Below are positions 1 through 13,649 of a stretch of 64,000 nt of DNA, piece after piece. The DNA is from Octopus sinensis (lineage: Eukaryota), in NCBI RefSeq assembly GCF_006345805.1, contig NW_021836156.1:1-64000 (forward strand). The letters run 5' to 3'. Within the stretch, counting starts at the first letter, position 1, and each line of letters starts with the position of its first letter. Below the pieces are notes generated by a model that had not been told where the DNA came from, made no database searches, and worked only from the letters and a program-made list of their open reading frames with translations. Both the position numbers and the translations under genes were made by a program.

Positions 1-57
1 ACACACACATATATATGTGCATGTGTGCGTATAAAGCAAATGAATAACGAGGATGTC

Positions 58-578
58 CAGGTATCAGTGCATTACGGCCGTTTCAAGCACCATCAGGAGT
101 ATTCAAGCGGTTCCAAGCAGTGCTGTTTTCTGCAAGTTCACCCTTATTGCAGCCCCTATTTCTTCTGTATACTTCTCAAGATTTTTACTCACTATTCCCA
201 GGGCTTCGACAATTATTGGTACTACTACCATCTTTTTCAATGACCACAACTGCTTAACCTCCCAAGCTAACCTGTCATATCTATCGACTTTTCTTTCTTC
301 CTTATCGCATACCTTGTTGTCAGCTGTGCATGCTATGTCTATGATCCAGCATCGTCTACTTTCTTAACACTATGCCTGGTTTTCTATTCTCTATCGCATG
401 GTCGCACTGAATCATAAAATCCCATAAGATCTTTGCACTATCATTTTCGATGATGCCTTCGGGTTTATATTCGTACCATTTTTTTGCTCTGTCAAGTCCA
501 TACTTGATGCAAAAGTCACCAATGGACAATCCTTGCTACATTTTCATGACCTCTCTTATATTCTTTCTGGGCTAGCGG
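58..578 (-). mobile_element. 3' fragment of R4/Dong-type (RLE) non-LTR retrotransposon, degraded
   Basis: Minus-strand translation across stops/frameshifts gives LAQKEYKRGHENVARIVHW...KILWDFMIQCDH...VVPIIVEALGIVSKNLEKYTEEIGAAIRVNLQKTALLGTA, the typical C-terminal RLE region of R4-clade elements. Confidence 0.8.
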
Positions 579-598
579 CGTACATTGACTGATACATC

Positions 599-620
599 AT
601 CATTATTGTTATTATTATTA

Positions 621-664
<44 letters not shown>

Positions 665-700
665 GTTATTGCTGTTGTTGTTGTTGTTATCATTATTATT
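599..700. repeat. (TTA)n/(TTG)n microsatellite
   Basis: Direct trinucleotide array; source of the poly-N ORF 572..832. Confidence 0.95.
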
Positions 701-1780
701 CGAGTTCTTATAAAAGTGCACATTCCCTACACACTCACCCCAAAAGACATAAGTCGCACCTAAGAGAAGACCAGATCTGTGTATCCTGATACGTAGTGGT
801 GCACAAAATAACTTGCCAAAATTGATGCCCATCTTAAAACTGGTGAACCTTATACTTCATGAAGTGAGGCATTTAGTTTATTTACAGTAGAATTAGTACT
901 GGGTTTGTTCTCTGTCGTTTTTCAGGGCAGTCATGTTTCATGTTTTGTTTTTGCATTATATATTCTTAGTGCATCTTCATATTGGGTCATTTCTCCATTC
1001 TTCATCCTTGATGCCCACGTTGAAGGTTTGATCTGAATCATCTGAAATAGAGAGAGTCTTGTCTTTTGATGCTGTTTTGGGACTGAGAAATTATGTTGCT
1101 TAAGTCTGCGTCTGCCGCTGTTGTTGCTGCTAGTCTTGTCATGTGATGTTTTGCTGCTGTTCTTATTGGTGCTGCTGCTTCTTATGTTACCACTGTTGTT
1201 ATTACTATTCTTGTTTGTAAGGTGGTACGTTGTTCATAATGTTGTTGTTGTTGTTGTTGTATCTGTTGTGCCGGAAGGAGTTGATGCGTTTACGCTTTCC
1301 TTTTTTGCAGGAAAGTTTCGGGATGTTGGCATCGTAGCTTTCTGCCTTTCATCATGCAGTTAAATTAAATCCGGAATATTTTCCTGGTTTTCTGGGTTCA
1401 CTTATAGTAGAACCTCCAGTCCTATTCCAGACCAAGTTTCCTGCCTATATTTCTTTACGTTCAGGAATGTCACTTTCTTTTAAGACGACAGATGTCCAGC
1501 TCTGATGCTACACAATATATCTTCAGTATCTGACTATCAGTCATACCAGACAAGTGGAAAATTCCTTGCTCGTACTGGAGACAACAAAATATTTTACTGT
1601 GAGGGTCTTGCCAAGGAGCTCCACTTTCACGGTGTCGAATTGTTGAGCTTCATTGATAATGGTATCAAAAACATCAGCGCTAGAAAAATTATTTTCATGT
1701 GTAGTGTTCATATCTTAAGAAAAGCATTGTCAACCTAAAGATACCAGATTCTCGTAAAACTCCTTGTAAACTTAAATGTT

Positions 1781-2145
1781 CTTTTACTCCTTTACTTGTT
1801 TCAGTCAATTGACTGTGCCCATGCTGGAGCACCGCCTTTAGTCGAGCACATCTACCCCAGGACTTATTCTATCGGTCTTTTTTGTCGAACTGCTAAGTTA
1901 CGGGGACGTAGACACATCAGCATCGGTTGTCAAGCGATGTGGGGTTGGACAAACACATACACACACATACATATGTATACATATGTACGATGGGCTTCTT
2001 TCAGTTTCCGTCTACCAAATTCACTCTGAAGGCTTTGGTAGGCCCGAGGCTATAGTAAAAGACACTTGCCCAAGGTGCCACACAGTGGGACTGAACCCGG
2101 AACCATGTGGTTCGTAAGCAAGCTACTTATCACACAGCCACTCCT
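1781..2145 (-). mobile_element. tRNA-derived SINE family A
   Basis: Reverse complement of head AGGAGTGGCTGTG..GGTTCAGTCCCAC, internal (CA/TA)n tract and tail GGCGGTGCTCCAGCATGG..GACTGAAACAAGTAAA, shared with at least 9 other copies in the window. Confidence 0.9.
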
Positions 2146-2313
2146 AAACAGATTCAAAATGACTAACTCAAATTCAGTTCTCAGACCCTAGTCTCTATCC
2201 CTTCAATGTATCATATTTAATTATTGTTAATCATAAATAACGTCCTGCTGTTACTCAAGGTCTCTCGGTGAAATATTGAATAGCCCGTACAATACACAGG
2301 ATCAACGTAAATG

Positions 2314-2383
<70 letters not shown>

Positions 2384-2393
2384 TAATAATAAT

Positions 2394-2523
2394 AACTAGA
2401 AAAGCACTCGGAGAGCGCAGACGTCTGCCAAGCAGCTCATTTCCACCCATATACACGCATGCTGAAAATCACCCAATTTCCCAAACCAACGCTGCCAAAA
2501 ACATAACCTCCTTGGCGGGGTTA
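2394..2523 (+). mobile_element. Helentron-associated (HINE/DINE-1-like) non-autonomous element, internally deleted
   Basis: Starts AACTAGAAAAGCACTCGGAGAGCGCAGAC, ends AAACATAACCTCCTTGGCGGGGTTA; subterminal inverted repeat plus 3' palindrome. Confidence 0.55.
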
Positions 2524-2689
2524 AAAAAAATAACACAGCCGTACGATTAAAAACAAACAGGAATCATCTGACGCAGTTATAATACATCAATGACAACAGC
2601 AAGCTAGTTTCACAGCGGCGGTTGAGGGAGCAAAGCCTGAGATTTTTGAGTCGATCCCAATAGTTCAAGACTTGCCATGTCATCCTCCG

Positions 2690-3070
2690 CACACCTCCGC
2701 CAAGCAGCTCCTTTTAAGATAGATAAGTGAGTAAAATTACTAATAGAGAAATGAAAATATACTTTGGAAACCGCAACGCCACCATAGGTTATGTGGAAAC
2801 GATGAACGTGTTTTCAAGGGTGATAATCAAAGAACGTAACATTGTAATACTTAATGTAAAGTAAATAGAACAAATGAAAAATCCTTCAAGAGTCCATAGA
2901 AATTCCTTGATCACTACCAAAATTTCATCATCTGTTCCTCGTGTCATTACCAACTTTTCCTGCAAGTTTCATGAAATACTGTTCACTACTTTTTGAGTTA
3001 TTTTGCACACAGACGGACAGACGGACAAACCAACGATGAAAACATAACCTCCTTCAATGGCGGAGGTAAT
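2690..3070 (+). mobile_element. Helentron-associated (HINE-like) element
   Basis: ACCTCCGCCAAG near the 5' end, (GACG/GACA) tract, and 3' end AAACATAACCTCCTTCAATGGCGGAGGTAAT. Confidence 0.55.
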
Positions 3071-3375
3071 CATCAGGGAGAAAATATAAGCCATGTTGTT
3101 AATAAGCCATGTTGTTAATAAGCTCACACAACGCGAATACAAACGGAGACACGAAAATGTGGCCAGATATTTCCACTGGCTGTTGTGCAGTAAAGCAAAC
3201 CTCCTCAGAGAGCCGAACAACGGTATGAACACAAGCCAGAGGGTGTAATGGAAAACGAACATTACAAAATATTCTGGGATTTTAGCATAATTTGCGACCA
3301 AGACATAGAGACGAGACAACTAAATATCGTGCTCATCCATAAAGATTAGAAAGAAGTAAAGATAATAGATTTTGC

Positions 3376-3717
3376 ATTACCAGGTGATACGAAGGTGAAA
3401 TGTAAGGAGAAAAATACCAGCCACTGTGGAACGAGAGTTATGAGGCATGAGGAAAGTAATGGTGAGACCGGTGGTTATTGGACCATTAGCAGCAGTTTCC
3501 AAGGGCTTTGAAAAACATATTAAGACTATTGGAGCTGCTGTCAGGCTCGAGGGGATCCAGAAGACAGCGATGCTGGGTACAGCTCGTGTTCTAAGGAGAG
3601 TTTTGTCTCTTTGAGTCACAGAAGAAGGCACTACTCGAAACTTTTGGTCATTTGTTGTTGCCTACTTCCAAGTAAGGAATAACCTGTAATTAAGAACTAT
3701 CCGAGAGTCTTTTAGAA
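3376..3717 (+). mobile_element. 3' end of R4/Dong-type LINE followed by (AAC/AGC/AAT)n tail
   Basis: Translates RKVMVRPVVIGPLAAVSKGFEKHIKTIGAAVRLEGIQKTAMLGTARVLRRVLSL*, then a ~100-nt 3' UTR and a trinucleotide array. Confidence 0.8.
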
Positions 3718-3864
3718 TAACAACAACAACAACAACAACAACAACAGCAGCAGCAGCAGCAACAACAACAACAACAACAGCAGCAGCAGCAGCAACAACA
3801 ACAACAACAACAACAGCAGCAGCAACAACAACAACAACAACAATAATAATGATAATTCTTTCTG

Positions 3865-4070
3865 CTATAGGCACAATGCCTGAAAGTTGGTAGAGGGGGA
3901 TAGCCAATTATATCGACCCCAGTACTCAAATGGTACTTATTTTAACGACCTCGAAAGGATGAAAGGCAAAATCGACATCGGCAGAATTTGAACTCAGAAC
4001 GTAGCGACAGACGAAATACTGCTAAGCACTTCACCCGGCGTTCTAACGATTCTGTCTGCTCACCGCCTTA
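3865..4070 (-). mobile_element. tRNA-derived SINE family B
   Basis: Reverse complement of GGCGGTGAGC..GTTCTGAGTTCAAATTC..CTTTCATCCTTTCG..AAGTACCA. Confidence 0.85.
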
Positions 4071-4088
4071 ATAATAATTACAATAATC

Positions 4089-4153
<65 letters not shown>

Positions 4154-4156
4154 TAT

Positions 4157-4202
<46 letters not shown>

Positions 4203-4249
4203 GTAATAATAATAATAATTACAATAATCATAATGATGAGGATAATTAC

Positions 4250-4318
<69 letters not shown>

Positions 4319-4406
4319 TATAATAACAATAATAATAATAATAATAATAATAGTAATAATAATAATAATTACAATAATCATAATGATGATGATAATTACA
4401 ATAATC

Positions 4407-4450
<44 letters not shown>

Positions 4451-4457
4451 CATAATG

Positions 4458-4553
<96 letters not shown>

Positions 4554-4684
4554 GTAATAATAATAATAATTACAATAATCATAATGATGATGATAATTAC
4601 AATAATCATAATGATGATGATAATTACAATAATCATAATAATAATAATAATAATAATAAATAATAATAATAATAATAATAATAA

Positions 4685-4715
<31 letters not shown>

Positions 4716-4765
4716 AAGAAGAACAACAACAACAACAACACAACAACAGCAGCAGCAGCACAGCA
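4071..4765. repeat. ~700-bp compound trinucleotide array (AAT) to (AAG) to (AAC) to (AGC), with recurring sub-blocks
   Basis: Direct inspection; the GATTACAATAATCATAATGATG-type block recurs several times. Confidence 0.95.
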
Positions 4766-5493
4766 GTTCATTCTACTATAGGCATATAATCCAAAATTTG
4801 ATGGGTGGAGGCTAGTCTTATTTTACCGAACCCGAAAGTTGGCTCCAGCGGAATTTGAACTCAGAACATAGTACTACGGAAGGAATACTGCTACGTATCG
4901 TCCGACGCGTTAAATATTCTGCCAACTCGCCGCTTCTCGGCGGCTTGCAGTTCCTCTTTATCTTCAGAGTTAAAATTCCGTCAAGTATTTTCTCTGCATT
5001 TTAACCTTTCTGGGGTCTCTTAAATAAGTAGTGGTTGTCTACTGGGGTCGATGTAATCGTGAAGTCTCTCTCCACAAATTTCAGGGCGTGTGCTTATTAT
5101 AGTAGGAAGGATTTTTGTTATTATAAACAGTATTCGTTTTTGATCATTTCTCGACAAGTTTATTTTTTAATTTTTCATTATAGACCTTCGCAATACTTTG
5201 TGAAGGAAGGAAGCTCTTAGAATAATTCTCAAATCAAGATTACATACAAAATCGTTAAATCTTTATTTAAAAAAAAAGCAAAACAATAAAAAAGAAAGCA
5301 GGAAAAGATGGCTTAACTTAGTGAAATATTAATCTGTATTTAATAGGATCTAAACGACTGTTACGAGGCAATCACATCGTCTCAAAGCTCTATAAAGACA
5401 CCGATTCCTTAAATATACAAGATTATATATACATACATATATAAATGCATACATACATACATACATACATACATACATACATACATACATACA

Positions 5494-5527
<34 letters not shown>

Positions 5528-5997
5528 CATACACACATACGTATGGCTGTCTTTTTTTTCATATATCTATTAACTTTTCTGATCTGTAACTAGGAAAGTG
5601 TTAAATACATCAATCTGTCTATGGGATTTAATTCAAGATTTGATTCAAGTACCGTGTAGTTTCTTTGCTGACGCACAATCGTCCTTACTTCATTTCTCTT
5701 GTGTGTGTGTGTGCGTGTGTGTGTATGTGTATATGTATATATATGTATATGTATACATGCACACTCACACAGCTAAAGACAAATATTCACCCACTTGCTC
5801 GCAAATACACATTCTTTTGATCCTGGCCACATTATTCTCATTAAGTGTAATATTACTGCGCGTCTTAATGTATTTTTAAATATATGCAACACACATGCAC
5901 ACACCCACAAACATATGCCTGTATATATGTGTGTGAGTGTCTTTGCATGTATATCTATATGCTATATATATATATATATATATATATCTACCTATAT

Positions 5998-6036
<39 letters not shown>

Positions 6037-6154
6037 TATATATATACATATATACATACGCACTTATGTATCTAGGTATTATGTATGTATATACATATAT
6101 ATGCAAATATATATATAGTGTGTGTGTGTGGCGCGTGTAATGTGTTTGTGTGCA

Positions 6155-6191
<37 letters not shown>

Positions 6192-6649
6192 TTTATTTAA
6201 AGCAGCAGAAAATTCACAACAAACCTGTTACTCTGAGTTTCGCGTAACAGGTTTTGTTGAATTTTCTGCTGCTTTAATAAAGCATATTACTCTACCACTG
6301 GTATCTGAGTACTTTTTTTCCCCTTCTTTTTTATGTGTTTCACTTTATGTGTTTACATATAGGTACATATATTATATATTATAATATATATATATATATA
6401 CACACATAAACACACACCACACACACAAACACCAAAACCACGTTAGTAGCTTAGGAGTGAAATTTAGGATTTCTTGCTTTTCTGTGAATCGATTTTGATA
6501 AAAATTTCCCCATCTCGTTTGCACACCATGGCAACACCATTGTCGTATTTTCATTATTCTGTGTAACGTCTTTCTTTTTTATCTCAGATTCTTCAGTTTT
6601 TGGGTGAACCATGCCAATACCGTCCTTCCTCTATAGATATATATTTTTA

Positions 6650-6848
6650 GGCGCAAGAGTGGCTGTGTGATAAGTAGCTTGCTTACCAACCACATGGTTC
6701 CGGGTTCAGTCCCACTGTTTGGCAGTTTGGGTAGATGTCTTCTACTAAAGCCTCTGGCCGACCAAAGCCTTGTGAGTGGATTTGGTAGACGTAAACTGAA
6801 AGAAGCCCGTCGTGTATATAATATATATATGTGTGTGTGTGTGTGTGT

Positions 6849-6885
<37 letters not shown>

Positions 6886-7092
6886 ATGTATGTGTGTGTC
6901 TCTGCATTTGTCCGCCCATCATCGCTTGACAACCGATGCTGGTGTGTTTACGTCCCCGTAACTTAGCGGTTCGGCAAAAGATACCGATAGAAAAAGTACT
7001 AGGCTTACAAAGAATAAGTCCTAGGGTCGAATTGTTCGACTAAAGGCGATGCTCCAGCATGGCCGCAGTGAAGACTAAAAGAAATCAAAGAA
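6650..7092 (+). mobile_element. SINE family A, full length
   Basis: Head GGCGCAAGAGTGGCTGTGTG, B-box GGTTCAGTCCC, internal (TG)n, tail GGCGATGCTCCAGCATGGCCGC. Confidence 0.9.
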
Positions 7093-7198
7093 TATATATA
7101 TAGTGGATGAAAGAAAAATGCTCCAATATTATAGGTTATATCACCATGCTTTTCACATTCTGAAATAAATTTTCTATAGTTAATATTTCAATACAAAA

Positions 7199-7865
7199 AG
7201 GCGGCGAGCTGGCAGAAACGTTAGCACACCAGGCAAAATGCTCAGCGGTATTTCGTCTGCGTTCTGAGTTCAAATTCCGCCGATGTCGACTTTGCCTTTC
7301 GTCCTTTCGGGGTATTTTAAATAAGTACCAGTTACGCACTTGTGTCGATATAATCGACTTAATACCTATGTCTGTCCTTGTTTGTCCCCTCTGTGCGTAG
7401 CCCCTTGTGGGCAGTAAAGAAATAGGTATTTTGTCTGCCGTTACGTTCTGAGTTTAAATTCTGCCGAGGACGACTTTTCCTTTCATGCTTTCGGGGTCGA
7501 TAAATTAATTACCAGTTGTGAATTTGAACTCAGAACGTAACGGCACACGAAATACGGCTACGCATTTTGCCCGGCATGCTAACCTTTCGGCTAGCTCGCC
7601 ACCTTCGTTAATTAATTATATTAATAGAACAATCTCCAATATAGCAAGTATCAATAAGGCTGCGAGCTGACAGAATCGTTAGCACGCCAGGGCGAAATGT
7701 TTAGCAGTATTTCGTCTACCGTTCTGAGTTCGAATTCAGGCGAGATCGACTTTGCCTTTTATCCTTTCGAGGTCGATAAATCAAGTACCAATTGCGTACT
7801 GAGGTCGATATAATCGACTGGATCCTTCCCCCTAAATTTCAGGCCTTGTGCCTATAATAGAAAGG
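7199..7865 (+). mobile_element. Cluster of SINE family B copies (dimer, inverted fragment, further copy)
   Basis: Repeated GGCGAGCTGGCAGAAACGTTAGC heads and GTCGACTTTGCCTTT bodies. Confidence 0.85.
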
Positions 7866-8399
7866 ACTATTAGAAAGCATCAATTGAACAGCCATTAACT
7901 ATTGTATGGCATTAGAAATTTATGTATAAATACATTCATACCGTCTACTTTTTACAGTAATGGGATTTTGAAGATACTCTTATATGTACATATATTTATA
8001 TACATTATACACACACACATATAAATATATGTATGTATTCACATATGTATATCATATAATTGAATACTTTATAGTATTTGTTACAGATCTCCACACTCTG
8101 TGAATTGGCATCTCACCGGGATAAAAATTTTCCCCATATGACGGTTTAGGGATCAAGTATAAATCCTAAAGTATGAAAGGGAAAGAAATGTATCCGATAT
8201 TTGTACCAGATCAAATGTTAGATTTGATATTATTCCTCTAGCCTTCTTTCTTTCCTTCTTTCTTTCTGTCTTTCTTTCTTTCTTTCTTGGTTGTACTTTT
8301 TCAAATGTACTTTACGAAATTTTCGTTTTTAAACAATTTTGTCCCGAAATGTCTTGTGACAACTCAACTGCAGCGTAAGCAACTAGTTAAGAACGCAAG

Positions 8400-8780
8400 A
8401 AGAAGCGACTACAAGTCCAACAATTTTGATTGTCAGAAACCTTAAGGATCTGAAGTCATAGTTCGGAGGAAAATAAGATGATGATAATGATTTGTCAAGA
8501 GAGCAGCATAGTAAAGAACGAAGATCTTAGAATAAAATTGTAACTAATAGGAGGCTCTACAGAGAAACGAGGAGCCTGGGAAGAGAAACAGGTGACACGT
8601 TTAAAGATCATGACAAAGGATACCAGACCAGACCGTTCACCAGGGCAATGCCCATGGTTTCTTGTGAAACATACACAAGAGAAAGCAATGGAGAAGTACC
8701 TATGTGTTCATGGACACAATTGGTAAAGGCTGGAAAAGTTCCCAGGAGTCTTTCGACATCATGATTGGTGCAAGCAAGGA
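8400..8780 (+). mobile_element. Possible very degraded RTE-type reverse transcriptase remnant
   Basis: Only partial motif resemblance (KHTQEKAMEKYL...KVPR, compare RTE ...QEK...LY..F.D.EKAFD.VPR). Confidence 0.3.
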
Positions 8781-9323
8781 AGGAACTTATGCGACGTTGA
8801 AAAAATTAGCTGCTATTTCAATCATATCAAGGACACACATAAAAGACCGTTACCAATAAAACTGCTCTACGTTAATTTTATGATACCCAAAGGCACATAG
8901 AAGTCAATTTATAATGCTCTCATTTAATAGCTTTATGAGAGCTACGACTTCCTTGCTATAAATCAGTCATAAAATGAATATATATTTCAAACATATATTA
9001 ATATGTTAACAAAAAGAAGGGAGAAAATATATTAAAATTGAATTAATTGCTATAACTACGTTCTATTAATATATATTAATGACTTATTAATTAGTTTCAA
9101 TAACTACATATAAATTCATATAATTTTCAAAAGATATTTTTTTCCTATTCATCGCTTATGTTACAAAAAAAACAAAAAGACTTAAAATCAAATTACATTC
9201 ACTTAAGTTGAACTTGACTCAGATACGATCCTATCACATAAACCTGATGGTCTACACACACACACATGTATATAAGCATATACCCATATACATACCTACA
9301 TCATACATACATACATACATAAT

Positions 9324-9378
<55 letters not shown>

Positions 9379-9713
9379 TATATATATATACCTTTATATT
9401 TAGACATACTCATATAAACACACATATATATTACAACACACACACAAACAAACAACATAGATTCAAATATATAAAAGTATAGATATGTATATTCAGATAA
9501 GAATAAATACATTTATAAATATATTTATATATATATTATATATGTAAATATGTTTGTTTATATCAATCTATCAATATATATATATATATATATATATATT
9601 TCAACAATTGAGGGTAAAATTAATTAATTAATCAATTTCACCAAGTATTCAGTATGCAAAGGGACCATTTAAGGCGAATTCAAATTATTACATTATATAA
9701 AAGGGCTTAGTAA

Positions 9714-9927
9714 AAAAATTACTTTGCCGCATACTGAACTCATTAGAAATAGCAGCTAAAAAAACTTTTATAAAACTATTTCTAATACTTAAAGAAAACC
9801 TCTCTCATATAGTGTGAGTTGAATTGAGCAAACACTATATGAGAGAGGTTTTCTTTAAGTATTGGAAATAGTTTTATAAAAGTTTTTTTAGCTGCTATTT
9901 CTAATGAGTTCAGTATGCGGCAAAGTA

Positions 9928-9933
<6 letters not shown>
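9714..9933. repeat. Near-perfect palindrome, 102-bp arms with a 16-bp spacer
   Basis: 9714-9815 is the reverse complement of 9832-9933 with one visible mismatch. Confidence 0.9.
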
Positions 9934-9966
<33 letters not shown>

Positions 9967-10137
9967 ATTTATGCATACATGAACACAGACATTCACTAAG
10001 GCAATATAAACATGAAAAATGTATACGATTTAGTACTAATAAAATTTGCATTTGATATTCAATATGCTTGTGCATCTTTATGTGTAACTTCGCATATGTA
10101 TATATTTGTACACACACATGCCTATATATCTGTATAT

Positions 10138-10218
<81 letters not shown>

Positions 10219-10219
10219 G

Positions 10220-10257
<38 letters not shown>

Positions 10258-10275
10258 ACATATATATATATATAT

Positions 10276-10537
10276 AAATCGTTAAAAATCCTTAAAAGGT
10301 TTTAGCCTGAAGGCCGCGGCCATGCTGGGGCACAACCGCTGAATGAGCTACACTAATATCTGATACACCCTCTGATACGTGGCACTTGATCAACAAGGGA
10401 GTTCGATGCTGCTGCCCGAATCTGCGTCTCCTGTCGTGAGGTAGGTTCATCTGGGACTCCCGACAAGAAGAGACCCAGTTTAGTTTTAAAGAAACCCCAT
10501 CCACACCATGTAAGTCTCTCAGGCATTTAGGGAGGTT
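10276..10537 (-). mobile_element. 3' tail fragment of CR1-like LINE
   Basis: Reverse complement matches 19570-19826 (CCTAAATGCCTGAGAGACTTACATGG...CCAGCATGGCCGCGGCCTTC). Confidence 0.9.
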
Positions 10538-10539
10538 AT

Positions 10540-10598
<59 letters not shown>

Positions 10599-10669
10599 TA
10601 TATATATAATATATATATATGTATGTATGTATATATATTGTATATATGTATACATCTATATGTATATAT

Positions 10670-10714
<45 letters not shown>

Positions 10715-11307
10715 TATATATACTTACATGCATATATACATTTATGTGTATATGAGTGCGCTACCCAGAGCCTGCGGTTCTAAAATGTTTAGGGAGTTTA
10801 TCAAAAACGTGATATAATATATTGTAAAATTATCCCATCGTTTTAAAAGCTATAAATATTCAGCTGTGACATTAGTGGATGAGTACAACTGACTACCTAT
10901 ATACATATTTATATATACACACAGACACACACGCATATATATACACACACACACATATATATACACACATGTACACATACACACATACATATATTTATAT
11001 ATACACACATATGCGTATATATATGCGTGTGTATGTACAAACAGAAAGTCTTCGTAACGTTTTGATATATTCCAATTTTTCTTATCTAATTGACTTCTGC
11101 TTTATTCAGCATCTCATCTTTGAATTTATTGTAGAATAAAAGCAGGTAGGGTTTCTCTGAGGAGCACTGGACCAACTATAAAAGTCTATCAGGAAATTCC
11201 TTCCATAATTTGCCGATTTTCATTCTCTATTCGATAAGGGAAAAAGTGTATTTATTTTCATATCTAACATGGGAAGATGCTTTGTATTGGTTGGACTTAT
11301 TTCTGCG

Positions 11308-11408
<101 letters not shown>

Positions 11409-12420
11409 GACCCGCCTGTTCTGGACGACTTTCGGGCCAGGGCCCATGGACAACTTCCAGAGATCCCTGGCCTGGCAGTGCTACCGAGAAGCGCTATCCG
11501 TTCGGGATAAGCTCTACAGACACGGCTCGAGAAACACTGGCCGACCTGCCGAGATGCGGTCAGAGCGACGAAACCGTTCTGCCGCACTCGTGCAGTGTCC
11601 AACAATTTCCGACCTGTGGGCTTATGTCGAACAACTGCTGTCACGTGTAGGACGAGTCGGTTTATCAGCTGAGTCTATCGTCAATATTGTCACGCCTCCT
11701 TCCTTCAAACGGGAAGGAAGAGCTATTTTCATCATCCATGTGGCTATGGCGAAGGAATGTATCTGGTGGGCGCGTCTGAAAGGATTGGAGACAAACACTT
11801 TCCTCCCTGGTCAACCTCTCATCAACTTCCTCAAGTACCAATTGAAAAGGAAAGTGAGAGTAGAGAGGCAAGTTTTGTCTAGCGAATGTTTTAAAAAAAG
11901 ATGGGTGAATGTAGCAAGGATGGCACGTATGAATGACGAAGCCACCTTGAGCATAATCCTATGAACCCAGAAATTAAAAACAGAGGGTTACCCACTTGCA
12001 AACAAATGTGGTAACATATAACAATATTGACCAAGGTTACCGTGGTCTTTTCGTAAGCTTTTCTTCCCACGGATAAACCTTACTTGCTTTCCCCTTTACA
12101 CCATACATCATGACACTGTGATACACGATCCCTATTGATCGTTTTCTTTTCCTCTTCCCCTTTTTTTCCTCTTTTTTCTTCTTTTTTCATTTTTCTTTTC
12201 CTTTGTTCCTTTTCCCTTTTTTCTTTTTTTTCTTTTCCCTTTCTTTGTTCTTTTTTCCCTTTTACGATGCCTTTTGATCAAAAACCTACGCTACCCTTTT
12301 TTTCTTTGATTCTTTTGTTTTTTTGTTTTTTTGTTTTTTTTTTCATCCCCCAAAAGAAAAGCTCTACCTTGTAACTTGTCCCATCTGTGTGCAGCCCTGT
12401 GTGGCCAATAAAGAAACTTA
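11409..12420 (+). mobile_element. 3' part of Tx1/L1-clade LINE (zf-RVT-like C-terminus, T-rich 3' UTR, AATAAA), flanked on both sides by (TATC)n
   Basis: ORF to 11964 with AWQCYREALSVRDKL...ALVQCPTISDLW...AKECIWWAR resembles the L1/Tx1 ORF2 C-terminus; AATAAA at 12407. Confidence 0.7.
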
Positions 12421-12497
12421 TCTATATATCTCTGTCTGTGCATCTATCTATCTCTATCTGTGTATCTACCTATCTATCTCTATCTGTGTATCTATCC

Positions 12498-12566
<69 letters not shown>

Positions 12567-13649
12567 GCTAGCTAGCTATCTCTGTCTTTGTATATCTATA
12601 TCTATCAGTATGCGTGTGTGTGTGTTCGTGTAACAATATGCATGATACACATTTCACAATATAACAGTACAATTAGAAATCAATGCAGACATATAAGGCT
12701 AGTCTTCAGATCACCGGAACATCATCGTTACAACTAATAATTTAATCATGATGTTCTAACAATCTGAAGAGCTAGACTAGTATACCTGCATTGATTTGTA
12801 ATTGTACTATCATACAGTGCAATGTGCATCATGCATATTAGAACAGACATGTAAAATAATTTACTATGCACTGAAATTATCATTACATTATGAAGGCTGC
12901 GAAACGGCTGTAACCTTACGGATATCAAGTGGTTATATAAATATATCCACCTCTCATACACGCTGACATTTTATGGTTTATTCATTCCACTTGAAATAAT
13001 GTTTTGTATTCAAGCCACAGGGCCCGGAATTTTGGGGGAGGGGGGCAGTCGATTAGATCGACTCCAGTACGCAACTGGTACTTAATTTATCGACTCCGAA
13101 AGGATGAAAAGCAAAGTCAGACAAACAAACCGACAGGTAAGTAGGTAGATGGATAGACAGACAGAGGGGCAGATATACATGCATAGACAGATAGGTATAT
13201 ATATATATACATATGTATATACATATATTCATATATACAAGTGCGCATGTGCTTGCCTGTGTGTATATGTTTATGTACACATGCAAAGTCCACCTTTAAT
13301 GTGTTATTTCAGTTTACACTTGGATTCTCCTCCCCTTATCTCCTCTTCGTTGTTTATTTTGTTTTTATTCATTGACAATTGCCTGTGTGAAGGTCACGTT
13401 TGGAAACAAATATATCAAGCCGAATATTCCTTGTGTAACCTTCAAAATAATCTAGTCTTTGGTATTAGTTAACATTGCCTGTTCGAGCCAGACACATGTA
13501 CACATGTATAAGAGTAAGTGTATATGTCTGTATATTAAGGGTTTGGGCATATGTGGGTTTGTTGTGTCTGTTCTGTTGCGCGCGCGCACGTGTGTGTGCG
13601 AGTCTGCGTGTGTGTGTGAATAGGGTTATTATTAAAACACGTCAAAGAC

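Noticed and set aside
900-1760. Coding-looking minus-strand stretch, possibly a LINE ORF1 remnant
   Set aside because: Multiple stops and no diagnostic motif that could be assigned
4043-4781. Long poly-I/N/F ORFs, and dozens of similar YI, CV, HT, LSIY and poly-V/T/H ORFs across the window
   Set aside because: They are translations of microsatellites that lack stop codons in some frames
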